DNA of 64,000 nucleotides, from positions 2,336,001 to 2,400,000 of the forward strand of contig CBDFLE010000006.1 of the NCBI GenBank assembly GCA_965248925.1, written 5' to 3'. Position numbers and translations under genes: made by a program. Below are positions 27,642 to 37,501 of the stretch, piece by piece. Source of the DNA: Candidatus Multivoradales bacterium (GTDB lineage: Bacteria; Acidobacteriota; Thermoanaerobaculia; Multivoradales; J023). Within the stretch, counting starts at the first letter, position 1, and every line of letters begins with the position of its first letter. Under the pieces are notes generated by a model. That model was not told the DNA's origin, searched no databases, and worked only from the letters and a program-made list of their open reading frames with translations.

Positions 27642-28667
27642 ATGGAAAAAACACCCAAGAAACCAATCAAGTTGCGAATGAATGTTGACTTTGAATCTTT
27701 TGACAAGAAAAGGAAGGAATCATTCCTAGAAGATCTCTCAAGGCTATCGGGTGTTCCTCGGGAAGAGATTACGAAAATCTCTTTCAGGCAAGGATGTGTA
27801 ATATTTGAAGCCAGCTTGGACCGTGAAGCGGCAGAAAGACTTGCTGAACTATTCCTTCATCGCAATGACACACAGAACTCTGAAGAACTGGTGGCACTCA
27901 GGGCATTTGTCAAGAAGTACGGTGTCCACTCGCTCACAGACGACCTGTCCTACCGCATTCAAATCGTGACATCGAGAAAAGCAGCCGAGATCACTCATGT
28001 TGTTTTTGTGCATGGATGGCGAGGAGACGAATTATCATTTGGAAAGATGCCAGAGTTGCTGAATGCTGTTTCTGGCTTGGAATCGCTTGTCTACCCTTAC
28101 CCGACGGGAGTTTGGAAGTCGTCGCCATCGATTCAATACATTGCGAGAAATCTCGAAAATTGGATAAGGAATAGAGTTCGAGGAAATGGAAAGCTGGCCT
28201 TGATTGCTCATAGCATGGGCGGAGTTATCTCGCGACAATTCATCGTCTCTCAGATATGGCGAGATCGCCCAATCAGCAAAGCCATCAAGCTGATTACTCT
28301 GATTGCTTCCCCGCACCACGGTATGGCCTTGGCAGACATCGCGAGGCTATTGCCGGCTGTCAGCGACGAACAGCTGAGAGACCTTTCTCCAAACTCACCA
28401 TTTCTCGTTGAACTAAATCAGCAATGGGCGAAATGGAGCTCTCAGAATGTCCCAGAGAGTTGTCGCGTTCGCTGCATTTACGGGACGAAAGATAAAGTTG
28501 TGCCTACTGCGAGCGCATCTGCATTGGATTCGGAAGCGGTTCCAATGCTCAATGCGACTCACCGTGGGATAGTAAAAATAGGATCTAGAGAAGACGAAGT
28601 ACTCGTGACCTTCACGCGCTTCCTTGAAGAGGCCGGCCTCTTGAAACAGCGCTTACTAGAGCAATAA
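27642..28667 (+). CDS. Alpha/beta hydrolase (PGAP1/DUF676-like lipase/esterase) with N-terminal TRADD-N/SEA-like domain
   Basis: VFVHGW, AHSMGG nucleophile elbow, ASPHHG, DKVV and ATH. Visibly more AT-rich than the flanks. Confidence 0.82.
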   Translation: MEKTPKKPIKLRMNVDFESFDKKRKESFLEDLSRLSGVPREEITKISFRQGCVIFEASLDREAAERLAELFLHRNDTQNSEELVALRAFVKKYGVHSLTDDLSYRIQIVTSRKAAEITHVVFVHGWRGDELSFGKMPELLNAVSGLESLVYPYPTGVWKSSPSIQYIARNLENWIRNRVRGNGKLALIAHSMGGVISRQFIVSQIWRDRPISKAIKLITLIASPHHGMALADIARLLPAVSDEQLRDLSPNSPFLVELNQQWAKWSSQNVPESCRVRCIYGTKDKVVPTASASALDSEAVPMLNATHRGIVKIGSREDEVLVTFTRFLEEAGLLKQRLLEQ

Positions 28668-28762
28668 TAAGCAGGAGATCCGCAGCCGACTTCAAGATCG
28701 AATTGAGTGCAAATAACAAACGCCTCATCGTCAGTTACTCTTCGAGTCGGCGTCTGCCCTCC

Positions 28763-30637
28763 CTACTGCAAGTACCCCAACGCCCGTAGTTGCTCGCGTT
28801 CTTCTTCGCTCAACACCAGTTCTTCGGCCTCGGCCCCTACACGCTGCGCTAGCCAGCGGTCGAGCAAGGCCGCCAAGCGCTGCTCCTCGGCCAAGCCTTG
28901 GCCGGCTAGGTTGACCCGTTCTGCGGGGTCTGCTTGCAGATCGTAGAGGTAAGCCGGCTCGGGAACTTGTGGGTTGTCGTGACTGCGAAAGTACTTGAAA
29001 CGGGCGGTCCGCACCATCGCTCCGCGGTTGTTGGCGTGTTCGGTGAACACCACCGGGCGGCCTGGGTGTTCACGGGCGGCCAGCTCGAGCAGATCGCGAC
29101 CGTCCCGACCCGGCGGTTCGACACCGGCAGCGCGCAGCAGGGTGGGAAAAAGATCGAGGCTCTGCACCAGGCCCTCGAGGCGACGGCCGACGCGCACCTC
29201 TCCCGGCCAGCGAATCATCAGCGGCACATGGGTGGTGGTTTCCCAAAGGCCGGCATGACCATAGAGGATGTCGTGATCTTCGAGATTTTCACCGTGATCG
29301 GCAATGAACACCAAGATCGTGTTGCGGAACAGGCCGCGACTATCCAAGAAGTCCATCAAGCGATCGATCTGGCGATCTAGGTAAGCCACCTCCCCCGCGT
29401 AGAGGTCTTTCTCACCTCCGTGCAGGGTGTTGACGAACTGGCGCGGTCCCGGCTCGCGGAAAGGTTGCCATTCCGCCACCGGGTTGAGGCCGTAGCGCCG
29501 GGCGGGACGGTAGCCCTCCGCATAGGGCCGCGGCGGAGTGTGGGGAGTATGCACGTCATAGAGATGCATGAAGAGAAAGAAGGGCGGCTGGCGACCGTCT
29601 ATCCAGTTCATCGCCAGATCGATCGGTAGCTCGCCTTTGAAGGACCGATCGGGATAGGCAACTTCGCCGAAACCCTGGTGGATTCTGGCGCCGTGAAGGT
29701 GGCGGGCTGAGAGGATCGCGGAGCTGACGTAGCCGGCCTCGGCCAACAACGCAGCGATGGTAGCGTGCTCTTCAGGCAGACGCTGGTTGTTGGCGTAGAC
29801 CCCATGGTTCTTGCCGTAGAGCCCGGTCATCATCGAAGTGAAGCTGGGATTGGTGTTGTTGAAGGCGGTGTAAGCCTGCAACCACACGTCGCTCTCGGCC
29901 GCCAATTGATCGAGGGCCGGGGTGATCGACGGCTGCTGGCGCCAGGGGCCGAGGGCATCGGCGCGCAGAGTATCGACACCGATCCAAATGATGTTGGGAC
30001 GCTCATCGGCTAGTGGCGCTGGCTCGGCCAGTGGCGGCTGGCGACTGTAGACCGCGGCGCTGGCCCACAGCGCCCGGCGCCCCCCAGCCATACCCGGCTG
30101 CTCCTCGAGACCGAGCACCAAGTCGACCGCCTGGCCGGCAAAATCTTGCAGATCAATAGTCTGCCGCGGCGGCGGTGGACGCAACTCCAAAACCGCCGGC
30201 ACCGAGGCCAGCGGGTGCTCTACCCCAGCCGCATCACGCACCGCCACCTGGTAGACACACTGACAAGGCTCCGCCTCGACCGGCAGAGGAATAAATGAGA
30301 AGTAGGCCTGCTCACCCAATTGCAAAGGCTTGACCAACCGCGAGCCGACGTTGTGCTCCAGAACATTGACGCTGGGCGCCGACAGAGGGCGCTTACCTCG
30401 GCGCGACTCAGGGACCATGGCGCGCACTTCGGCGGCACCAAAGGGCGCCTTGACGTGCCGTACCTGATGCGGCAGACGCTCGCCCGCGAGATTCTCGACA
30501 TAGGGTCGATCAAACCACAGATCGACCCGCTGCCAAGCGCCGACGGGTGCCTCCCGGGGGGCGCAAGCAAGCACTCCGAGAAGGAGCACAAGAACCGTGG
30601 CGGCTATTCTCGACAAGCTGACTGCAACCCTCTTCAC
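28763..30637 (-). CDS. Sulfatase-like hydrolase/transferase lipoprotein
   Basis: VLAC lipobox, NIIWIGVDTLRAD, HLYDVHTP, ADHGE, HVPL. TNPSF stands in place of the CxPSR motif. Confidence 0.88.
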   Translation of the reverse strand: MKRVAVSLSRIAATVLVLLLGVLACAPREAPVGAWQRVDLWFDRPYVENLAGERLPHQVRHVKAPFGAAEVRAMVPESRRGKRPLSAPSVNVLEHNVGSRLVKPLQLGEQAYFSFIPLPVEAEPCQCVYQVAVRDAAGVEHPLASVPAVLELRPPPPRQTIDLQDFAGQAVDLVLGLEEQPGMAGGRRALWASAAVYSRQPPLAEPAPLADERPNIIWIGVDTLRADALGPWRQQPSITPALDQLAAESDVWLQAYTAFNNTNPSFTSMMTGLYGKNHGVYANNQRLPEEHATIAALLAEAGYVSSAILSARHLHGARIHQGFGEVAYPDRSFKGELPIDLAMNWIDGRQPPFFLFMHLYDVHTPHTPPRPYAEGYRPARRYGLNPVAEWQPFREPGPRQFVNTLHGGEKDLYAGEVAYLDRQIDRLMDFLDSRGLFRNTILVFIADHGENLEDHDILYGHAGLWETTTHVPLMIRWPGEVRVGRRLEGLVQSLDLFPTLLRAAGVEPPGRDGRDLLELAAREHPGRPVVFTEHANNRGAMVRTARFKYFRSHDNPQVPEPAYLYDLQADPAERVNLAGQGLAEEQRLAALLDRWLAQRVGAEAEELVLSEEEREQLRALGYLQ

Positions 30638-30640
30638 CGT

Positions 30641-30674
30641 GTTACTTTCTCCACCGCGTTACTTTCTCCACCGC
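30641..30674. repeat. Perfect 17-bp tandem duplication
   Basis: gttactttctccaccgc twice, between the divergent sulfatase and glgP starts. Confidence 0.95.
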
Positions 30675-30713
30675 TCGGGGCCTGCTGCCCCGCATCCTTC
30701 GGAGACCCTTGCC

Positions 30714-32882
30714 ATGACTGCCGTTCTGCCGCCAAAGATCCCCTGTCTGCACGTTGGTGACATCGAGTTGCCGCGCGAGTTCGAAAAACTCTACGAGCTG
30801 GCCTACAACCTGTGGTGGACCTGGTCACCGCCAGCGCGCGACCTGTTCGCGGCGATCGATTCAGCGCATTGGCAACTCTACGGTAATCCGGTTCAGGTGC
30901 TGATCAATGTCGAGCCCCAACGCTGGCATGTGCTGCTCGAGGACGAGGGCTTTATCGCCCGCTACCGGCAGGTGATCGGCGACTACGAACGCTACCTGCA
31001 CGGCGCCGAGGATACCTGGTTCCGGCAACACCACGGCAGCGAGTTGCAAGGCCCGGTGGCCTATTTTTCGATGGAATACGGCCTGCACCATTCCTTGGCG
31101 GTCTACTCCGGCGGTCTCGGAGTGCTTTCCGGCGACCACTGCAAGAGCGCCAGCGACCTGGGGCTACCCTTTGTCGCCGTCGGCCTGCTCTACCGCCAGG
31201 GCTATTTTCAGCAGTCGATCTCTGCCGAGGGTCTGCAGCAGCACACCTACCCGCGCTACGACTTCACTCGCCTGCCACTGCGACCGGTGGCCACCGCCAG
31301 TGGCCAGGAAGTGGTCGTGCAAGTGCCGCTGCCCGGCCGCGACGTGGCCGCCAAGGTGTGGCTGGCCCAGGTGGGCCGGGTGCCGCTGCTGTTGCTCGAC
31401 ACCGATCTCGACCAGAACCATCCGGCAGACCGACCGATCACCAACATCCTTTATGTCGCCGGCCGCGAGATGCGCTTGGTGCAGGAGTTAACACTTGGCC
31501 TAGGAGGCGCGAAGGTGATCCAGGCCCTCGGCATCGAGCCGGCGGTCTGGCACCTCAACGAAGGCCATTCGGTCTTCTTACAGCTCGAACGGCTGCGCTG
31601 GCGAGTCGCCGCCGGTGAGCAGCCGGCGAGGGCGCTAGAGAACATGCGCCGTGACACCGTCTTTACCACCCACACTCCGGTACCCGCCGGCAACGAGCAG
31701 TTCGACCCGCCCTTAATCCACAAATACCTCGGTAGCTTGACCGAGCAACTCGGTTTGTCGATGGATCAGCTGCTCGCCCTCGGCCGGGCCCACGACAGCG
31801 ACAGGTCGTTCAACTTGACCGCCCTGGCAATCCGCACCGCTAGCTTCCACAACGGCGTCAGCCGGCTCAACGCCCGAGTCACTAGCCGCATGTGGCGCCA
31901 CCTGTTCAGCGACGCGGAACCCACCGAGCAAGTGATCCAGCCGATCACCAACGGCATTCACTCCGCCACTTGGTTGGGCCTGGAGATTCGCCAGCTGCTC
32001 GCTCGCCACTTGGGCGAAGACTGGCAGGACATGCTTCTCGGCCCCGAAGGCTGGGAGCAGGTGATGGCGATCCCCGATAGTGAAGTCTGGGAAGCACATC
32101 TGGCACAGAAAGAACGCCTTGGCCGCTTCACCCGCGCCCGGCTGCGCGATCACCTGGCCCGACATGGTAGCTCGCCTGACGAGCTGCGCGAGGTCGACGC
32201 CCTGTTCGATCCGGCGGCCCTGACCGTCGGCTTCGCCCGCCGTTTCGCTACCTACAAGCGGGCCAACCTGGTGTTCAGCGACCTGCACCGCCTGCGCAAC
32301 CTGCTCTCGGACCAAGACCGGCCGATGCAGATCCTCTTCGCCGGCAAAGCCCATCCCGCCGACCAACCGGGCCAGGAGCTGATCCAGCACATCTTCCAGC
32401 TCAGCCGCAGCGAGAGCTTGGCGGGCAAGGTCTTCTTTCTCGAAAACTACGACATGCTGCTCGGTCGTCGCCTGGTGCAGGGAGTCGACATCTGGCTCAA
32501 CACACCTCGCCGACCGCTAGAAGCCAGCGGCACCAGCGGCCAAAAAGCCGCCGCCAACGGAGCCCTCAACCTGAGTATTCCCGACGGTTGGTGGCCCGAG
32601 GGTTACAACGGCACTAACGGCTGGGTGATCGGCCACGAAGAAGCCTACGACGACCAAGACCACCAAGATCGCGAAGACGCCCAATCTCTCTATGAGACCC
32701 TCGAATCGGTCGCCCTACCGCTCTACTACCAGCGCCAAGACGACCTCCCCCGGCAGTGGATCCAGCGGATGAAAGACTCCATCGCCACCCTGACTTGGAA
32801 ATTCTCCGCCAGCCGCATGGTCCACGACTACACCGTCGAAGCCTACCTCCCCGCCGCCCGCCGGGGCAGCGAGGAAGGCTGA
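30714..32882 (+). CDS. glgP: Alpha-glucan (glycogen) phosphorylase
   Basis: LAYNLWWTW, YSGGLG, HLNEGH, FARRFATYKR, EASGTSGQK (PLP lysine). Start ATG 30714. Confidence 0.96.
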   Translation: MTAVLPPKIPCLHVGDIELPREFEKLYELAYNLWWTWSPPARDLFAAIDSAHWQLYGNPVQVLINVEPQRWHVLLEDEGFIARYRQVIGDYERYLHGAEDTWFRQHHGSELQGPVAYFSMEYGLHHSLAVYSGGLGVLSGDHCKSASDLGLPFVAVGLLYRQGYFQQSISAEGLQQHTYPRYDFTRLPLRPVATASGQEVVVQVPLPGRDVAAKVWLAQVGRVPLLLLDTDLDQNHPADRPITNILYVAGREMRLVQELTLGLGGAKVIQALGIEPAVWHLNEGHSVFLQLERLRWRVAAGEQPARALENMRRDTVFTTHTPVPAGNEQFDPPLIHKYLGSLTEQLGLSMDQLLALGRAHDSDRSFNLTALAIRTASFHNGVSRLNARVTSRMWRHLFSDAEPTEQVIQPITNGIHSATWLGLEIRQLLARHLGEDWQDMLLGPEGWEQVMAIPDSEVWEAHLAQKERLGRFTRARLRDHLARHGSSPDELREVDALFDPAALTVGFARRFATYKRANLVFSDLHRLRNLLSDQDRPMQILFAGKAHPADQPGQELIQHIFQLSRSESLAGKVFFLENYDMLLGRRLVQGVDIWLNTPRRPLEASGTSGQKAAANGALNLSIPDGWWPEGYNGTNGWVIGHEEAYDDQDHQDREDAQSLYETLESVALPLYYQRQDDLPRQWIQRMKDSIATLTWKFSASRMVHDYTVEAYLPAARRGSEEG

Positions 32883-33059
32883 CGCTAGGATTCCTGATCT
32901 GCCTGCCTGGCTCTCTGAAGGGCGGCTAATTTCAGAGCTGGTCGCTACCGTACACATGGTACGGGGAGGTTAGCGTGCCTGGCGTGTGGCCAGAGCCAGG
33001 CTGTTTCAGACTCTGGGCAGTTGCCCCGAATCTGACGCTACCGGAGGTTTGTAGGCGTG

Positions 33060-33518
33060 ATGAGTAGTGAATTGATACTAGCCATTGTCGTTAGCTTGGC
33101 AACCACCCTCATTGGCACAGCGACAGTGTGTATTGCCTGGCAGCAGTGGCAGACCCATCGGCGCAAGGTCGCAATGGACTTGTTCGATCGAAGATTCAAG
33201 GTCTATTCGAAGGTCGAAGCTTTCATTTTCGAGGTTCTCGGGGGTGTGCACCCGTCTTTTGAAGAATCGATATACAAATTCATGATCTCAACCAAATCTG
33301 CGCTATTCCTGTTCGGCCCTGAGATCCCAGAATTTATCGAGGAGATTCGAGTTCGTGCTATCGAGCTTCTAGACCTGAAGAAGAAGCTCGATAGCAACGC
33401 CTTCCAAACGGATCAAGAGGTGCTGTTAAGGCGACAACTCGCTGTGAAGGAGTGGTTCCAGGAGCAAATCGACATTGCCTGTCGATTCAAGAAGTATCTG
33501 GATCTCAGCAAGATCTAG
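33060..33518 (+). CDS. Hypothetical protein with N-terminal TM helix, AT-richer insert
   Basis: IAWQQWQTHRRKVAMDLFDRRFKVY follows a hydrophobic N-terminus. Composition differs from the flanks. Confidence 0.7.
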   Translation: MSSELILAIVVSLATTLIGTATVCIAWQQWQTHRRKVAMDLFDRRFKVYSKVEAFIFEVLGGVHPSFEESIYKFMISTKSALFLFGPEIPEFIEEIRVRAIELLDLKKKLDSNAFQTDQEVLLRRQLAVKEWFQEQIDIACRFKKYLDLSKI

Positions 33519-33675
33519 CGTCGATCAACAGACGTTGGGTCGGCCCATCGCCCTCGTCTTGGATCTCACGATGGCAATTACCCTGGCGCCGTGACCTATG
33601 TCAAACGGCCAGGACGGCGCAATGGCAGCAGGCAGACAATGAGGAGAGATCGGGGAGCGCACGGCGTGGCAGCCG

Positions 33676-34193
33676 CTACTCATCCTCCTGCGTCGCCGCG
33701 AAACCGATCGGGTGCTTCTGCGGTGGTTCAGCTGGAGCCAGCAACGCCTTGACATGCGCGAATAACGTGTCAATCTCCTGATCATGCTGGGCCACTTTGC
33801 GCGCCAGTTCTTCGCTGCTCGCCAGAACTTGACGGAGCCGGACGAAGGTACGCATGATCGCTATGTTCACCTCGGCGGCACGCGCACTGCGCAGAACCGA
33901 GGAGAGCATGGCTACACCCTGCTCAGTGAAGACTCGGGGAGCATAGCGACGGCCTCCACTTCCTTGGTTTGAGGTCACAGTTCGTGACCTCAAACCCTCG
34001 AACTCTCTCTTCGAGAGCCGAAACACGAAGTCATCCGGGAAGCGGGCCTTATTCCTCGTCACTGCCTGGTTCAGCGCCTTCGTGGGCACCCATACAGCGC
34101 AGCCAGATCGGAGTCGAGCATCACCTTCTCGCCGCGGATCAGAAAGACCTGGGCAGCGATGCGCTCGATCGGTACTAGGGAAGTCTTCGGCAT
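33676..34193 (-). pseudogene. ORF6N-domain DNA-binding protein split by a 1-nt frameshift
   Basis: MPKTSLVPIERIAAQVFLIRGEKVMLDSDLAALYG is in one frame and VPTKALNQAVTRNKARFPDDF...FTEQGVAMLSSVL in another. The junction TATGGG-TGCCC at about 34089 lacks one G. Confidence 0.85.
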
Positions 34194-34515
34194 CCGGCGA
34201 TGGTGCCCATGGGATCGTCCAGTGTCAAGCACCAATGGGCTGCTACTAGGACGATGAACAAATGGCAGGGAGTGAGAACGAAGAAAGGGCAAGCCGGCGG
34301 TCACCATGTGCCCATGGGGAGTGGTGCCCGAATAGGGTGCCACCCGCTTCGGGAAACAGAAATGGAGTGCCGCCTAACTCCCGGTCACCCACCGCGGCAA
34401 CTTGCCGGCCCGATCCCAGCTGGTAAGCCGACGCCGGCCGCCCACCGCCGAGATGCTATAAATAGCCCTTCGACCGTCGTCGAACCGCCATCGAGAAGAG
34501 AGAGGGGCGGAGCGT

Positions 34516-35946
34516 GTGCCTGAGTCCCATCGGGAGCCGAGCTTGTACCAGAAACCGAAGAAACGTCACCTCGGCGCTAGAGTGCCGTGGTTGGTAGCCC
34601 TGGCGGCGATTGTGCTGCTGGCCTTGAACCTGCTACGGGTGGGGGTAGCGCCGGAACTCACCCTGGAACCCGAGCTGCCCGGCATTGGCCCACGCACCGC
34701 GGTGAAGATTACCGCTCGAGCTCCGGGTCGCGGCCTGGGCCGTATCGAAGTCTATGCCGAGCAAGGATCGCGACGCGAGCTACTGCTGGAGCGCGATTAC
34801 CAGCCGCGACCCTTTTGGGCCTTTTGGGGTCCTCGAATCACCACTGAAGAAATCGACTTGGAGGTCGGCCACGAAACCTTGGAAGGGCTCGAAGAAGGGC
34901 AGCTGTCTCTACGGGTTAGCGCCGCGCGTGCCCCCACCTGGCTGCGCCGGCCAGCCGCGGCCGAGCTCACTCGGGAGCTGCCGGTACGACTTCGACCGCC
35001 GACCCTGGAGATCCTCTCGCGACCGGTGAGAATAGAGCAAGGGGGCGCTTCGGTGGTGGTCTACCGCCGCGGTGAGGGCACGGTGCGCGACGGAGTCGAG
35101 AATGGTGAGTGGTTTTTTCCCGGCTTCGCTCTACCCGGCGGCGCCAAAGGCGAGCGCTTCGCCTTGTTTGGCGCCCCCCACGACCAGCCGACCAGCGACG
35201 GCATGCGTCTGGTGGCCGCCGATGCGCTGGGAAATGTGGCCGCTCGCGGCTTCATCGACAACTACAAGAGGAAGCCCCAGCGCTACGACACCATCGCCCT
35301 ATCGCAGAAATTCATGGAACGGGTGGTGCCGGTAATTCAGGACCAAACCCCGAGCCTCGACCGCAAGGGCGATCTGCTGCAGCAGTACTTGCGGATCAAC
35401 CGCGAACTACGCCGCGGCAACGCCGCCGAGTTGCATCGACTGGCAAGCAGCTCCCGCGCCGAGCTGCTGTGGACCCGGCCTTTTATGCAGATGCCTTCAG
35501 CCCGCGCCATGGCCTCGTTCGCCGATCGGCGGACCTACACTTACCAGGGCAAGAATGTCGATCAGCAGGACCATCTGGGCTACGACCTCGCCTCGGTGCG
35601 GCGCGCCCCGGTACCGGCTGCCAACGACGGCGTGGTAGCCCTGGCGCGTTATTTCGGCATTTACGGCAACACGGTAGTGATCGATCACGGCTTCGGCCTG
35701 ATGAGCCTCTACTCGCACCTCTCGGAGATCGCGGTCGAGGAAGGGCAGCTTATGGTGCGTGGAGAAACCCTCGGCCGGACCGGCCAGACCGGCCTAGCTG
35801 GCGGTGACCATCTGCATTTCTCGATGCTGCTACACGGACTCCAGGTCAATCCTCTCGAATGGTGGGATGGCCACTGGATCCGCGACCGGATCGCCGCCCC
35901 CTTGGGTCCGGCGCTGAATTTTGACACTCCGGATCGCAACCGATGA
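34516..35946 (+). CDS. M23 family metallopeptidase
   Basis: HLGYD (HxxxD), YSHL, GDHLHF, and an N-terminal TM segment. Confidence 0.94.
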   Translation: MPESHREPSLYQKPKKRHLGARVPWLVALAAIVLLALNLLRVGVAPELTLEPELPGIGPRTAVKITARAPGRGLGRIEVYAEQGSRRELLLERDYQPRPFWAFWGPRITTEEIDLEVGHETLEGLEEGQLSLRVSAARAPTWLRRPAAAELTRELPVRLRPPTLEILSRPVRIEQGGASVVVYRRGEGTVRDGVENGEWFFPGFALPGGAKGERFALFGAPHDQPTSDGMRLVAADALGNVAARGFIDNYKRKPQRYDTIALSQKFMERVVPVIQDQTPSLDRKGDLLQQYLRINRELRRGNAAELHRLASSSRAELLWTRPFMQMPSARAMASFADRRTYTYQGKNVDQQDHLGYDLASVRRAPVPAANDGVVALARYFGIYGNTVVIDHGFGLMSLYSHLSEIAVEEGQLMVRGETLGRTGQTGLAGGDHLHFSMLLHGLQVNPLEWWDGHWIRDRIAAPLGPALNFDTPDRNR

Positions 35947-37472
35947 GCCATCAGCCGTCTGCGACCACTTCCCAGGCTTTGCTTGCCTGGGAAGTGGTCG
36001 CCATCGCCGTTGCCGTCCTGCTGGTTCTGCTGCCGATGTGCTCCAGCTTCTTGCGAGGAAGCGAGGAACACGCCGCCGAAACGCAGGCCGAGGCCAGCGA
36101 CACCAGCAAACATCATCCAGACTCTGCTTTACAACCCAACGCTGCGCTACCACCCGGCTGGTGGGTGGGCACTCTGCCTTTCATCGCCATCCTTCTGTGC
36201 ATTGCTTTACTGCCGTTATTTTCCTTCTCGCACATCTGGTGGGAGGAGAACACCCATCGTCTGGTGGTGTCTCTAGTCTGCGGACTCTGTACTCTGGCCT
36301 ACTATCTGGTGGTGCGCGGCCCAGGCGGCGTGATGCCGGTGCTGGAACACGCCATCGTCGCCGAGTACGTGCCGTTTATCGTCCTGCTCTTTTCTCTCTA
36401 CGTAATCAGCGGTGGTATCTCGCTGAGCGGCGATCTTGCCGCCCACCCCTCCACCAACACCGCTTTTCTGGCGATCGGCGCCGCCCTGGCCAGCTTTATC
36501 GGCACCACCGGCGCCAGCATGCTGTTGATCCGGCCGCTGCTGCAAACCAATTCGGAACGCCGCCACCGCGTGCATACGGTGGTGTTCTTCATCTTCCTGG
36601 TCAGCAACATCGGCGGCACCCTACTGCCGGTGGGCGACCCGCCCTTATTTCTGGGCTACCTCAAAGGGGTGGACTTCTTCTGGACCCTGGGGCTATGGCG
36701 AGAGTGGCTGGTCTGTTGCGGGGTACTGTTGGTGGTCTACTTCTGCCTCGACAGCTACTGGTACCGGCGCGAGACCGCACGGGACATTCGCCTCGACGAG
36801 CAGCAACAGATTCCCTTGAAGTTCTCCGGCATGATCAACCTGCTGTGGTTGGCCGGCGTGGTTTTGGCAGTGGCTTTCGTGGTGCCCGGAAAGAAGCTGC
36901 CAGGGTTGCAATTCGAGGCATTCGTCTACTTGCGCGAGCTGTTGATGCTCGCTTTCGTCGGTCTTTCCTTGCTGAGCACCCCGCGGGGCGTGCGCGAGCG
37001 CAATCGCTTCAACTATGCCGCGATCCTCGAAGTAGCGGCCCTCTTCCTGGGTATCTTCATCTGCATGCAGGTGCCGGTAGAGGTGTTGCGTGGTGCCGGT
37101 GCTTCCCTGGGGCTCACCCAGGACTGGCAGTACTTCTGGGCCACCGGTGGGCTGTCGGCGGTGCTGGACAACGCCCCCACCTACGTGGTCTTCTTCGAGA
37201 CGGCCAATGCCCTGACTACCCATTCCGGGCCAAATATCGTTGAACTCGGCAACGGTGGCGGTTTCATCCGCGCCGACCTGCTGACCGGCGTCAGCCTGGG
37301 GGCGGTGTTCATGGGGGCGATGACCTACATCGGCAACGGCCCCAACTTCATGGTCAAGGCCATCGCCGAACAATCCGGGGTCCGCATGCCCAGCTTTCCT
37401 GGCTATTTTTTCAAGTACAGTCTGCCCATTCTGGTACCGCTCTTCGCCATAGTGGTCTATCTGGTCTGGTGA
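35943..37472 (+). CDS. Putative sodium:proton antiporter (DUF1504-type, ion transporter superfamily)
   Basis: GTTGASMLLIRP, SNIGG..GDPPLFLG, LDNAPTY, TYIGNGPNFMVK. Confidence 0.9.
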   Translation: MSHQPSATTSQALLAWEVVAIAVAVLLVLLPMCSSFLRGSEEHAAETQAEASDTSKHHPDSALQPNAALPPGWWVGTLPFIAILLCIALLPLFSFSHIWWEENTHRLVVSLVCGLCTLAYYLVVRGPGGVMPVLEHAIVAEYVPFIVLLFSLYVISGGISLSGDLAAHPSTNTAFLAIGAALASFIGTTGASMLLIRPLLQTNSERRHRVHTVVFFIFLVSNIGGTLLPVGDPPLFLGYLKGVDFFWTLGLWREWLVCCGVLLVVYFCLDSYWYRRETARDIRLDEQQQIPLKFSGMINLLWLAGVVLAVAFVVPGKKLPGLQFEAFVYLRELLMLAFVGLSLLSTPRGVRERNRFNYAAILEVAALFLGIFICMQVPVEVLRGAGASLGLTQDWQYFWATGGLSAVLDNAPTYVVFFETANALTTHSGPNIVELGNGGGFIRADLLTGVSLGAVFMGAMTYIGNGPNFMVKAIAEQSGVRMPSFPGYFFKYSLPILVPLFAIVVYLVW

Positions 37473-37501
37473 TTTCAATACTCTCCCAACGGATTATCGT
37501 C

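Noticed and set aside
33519-33545. gatcaac-agac-gttgggt after the foreign ORF as an integron attC site
   Set aside because: Only 4 bp separate the putative R'' and R' boxes. There are no L boxes or long hairpin, and no integrase.
35921-37243. Long alternative-frame and antisense ORFs (for example 35921..37243, 4992..6167, 20703..21743, 41035..42105, 50376..51488)
   Set aside because: They overlap well-supported genes, lack recognisable family motifs, and are expected shadows in high-GC DNA.
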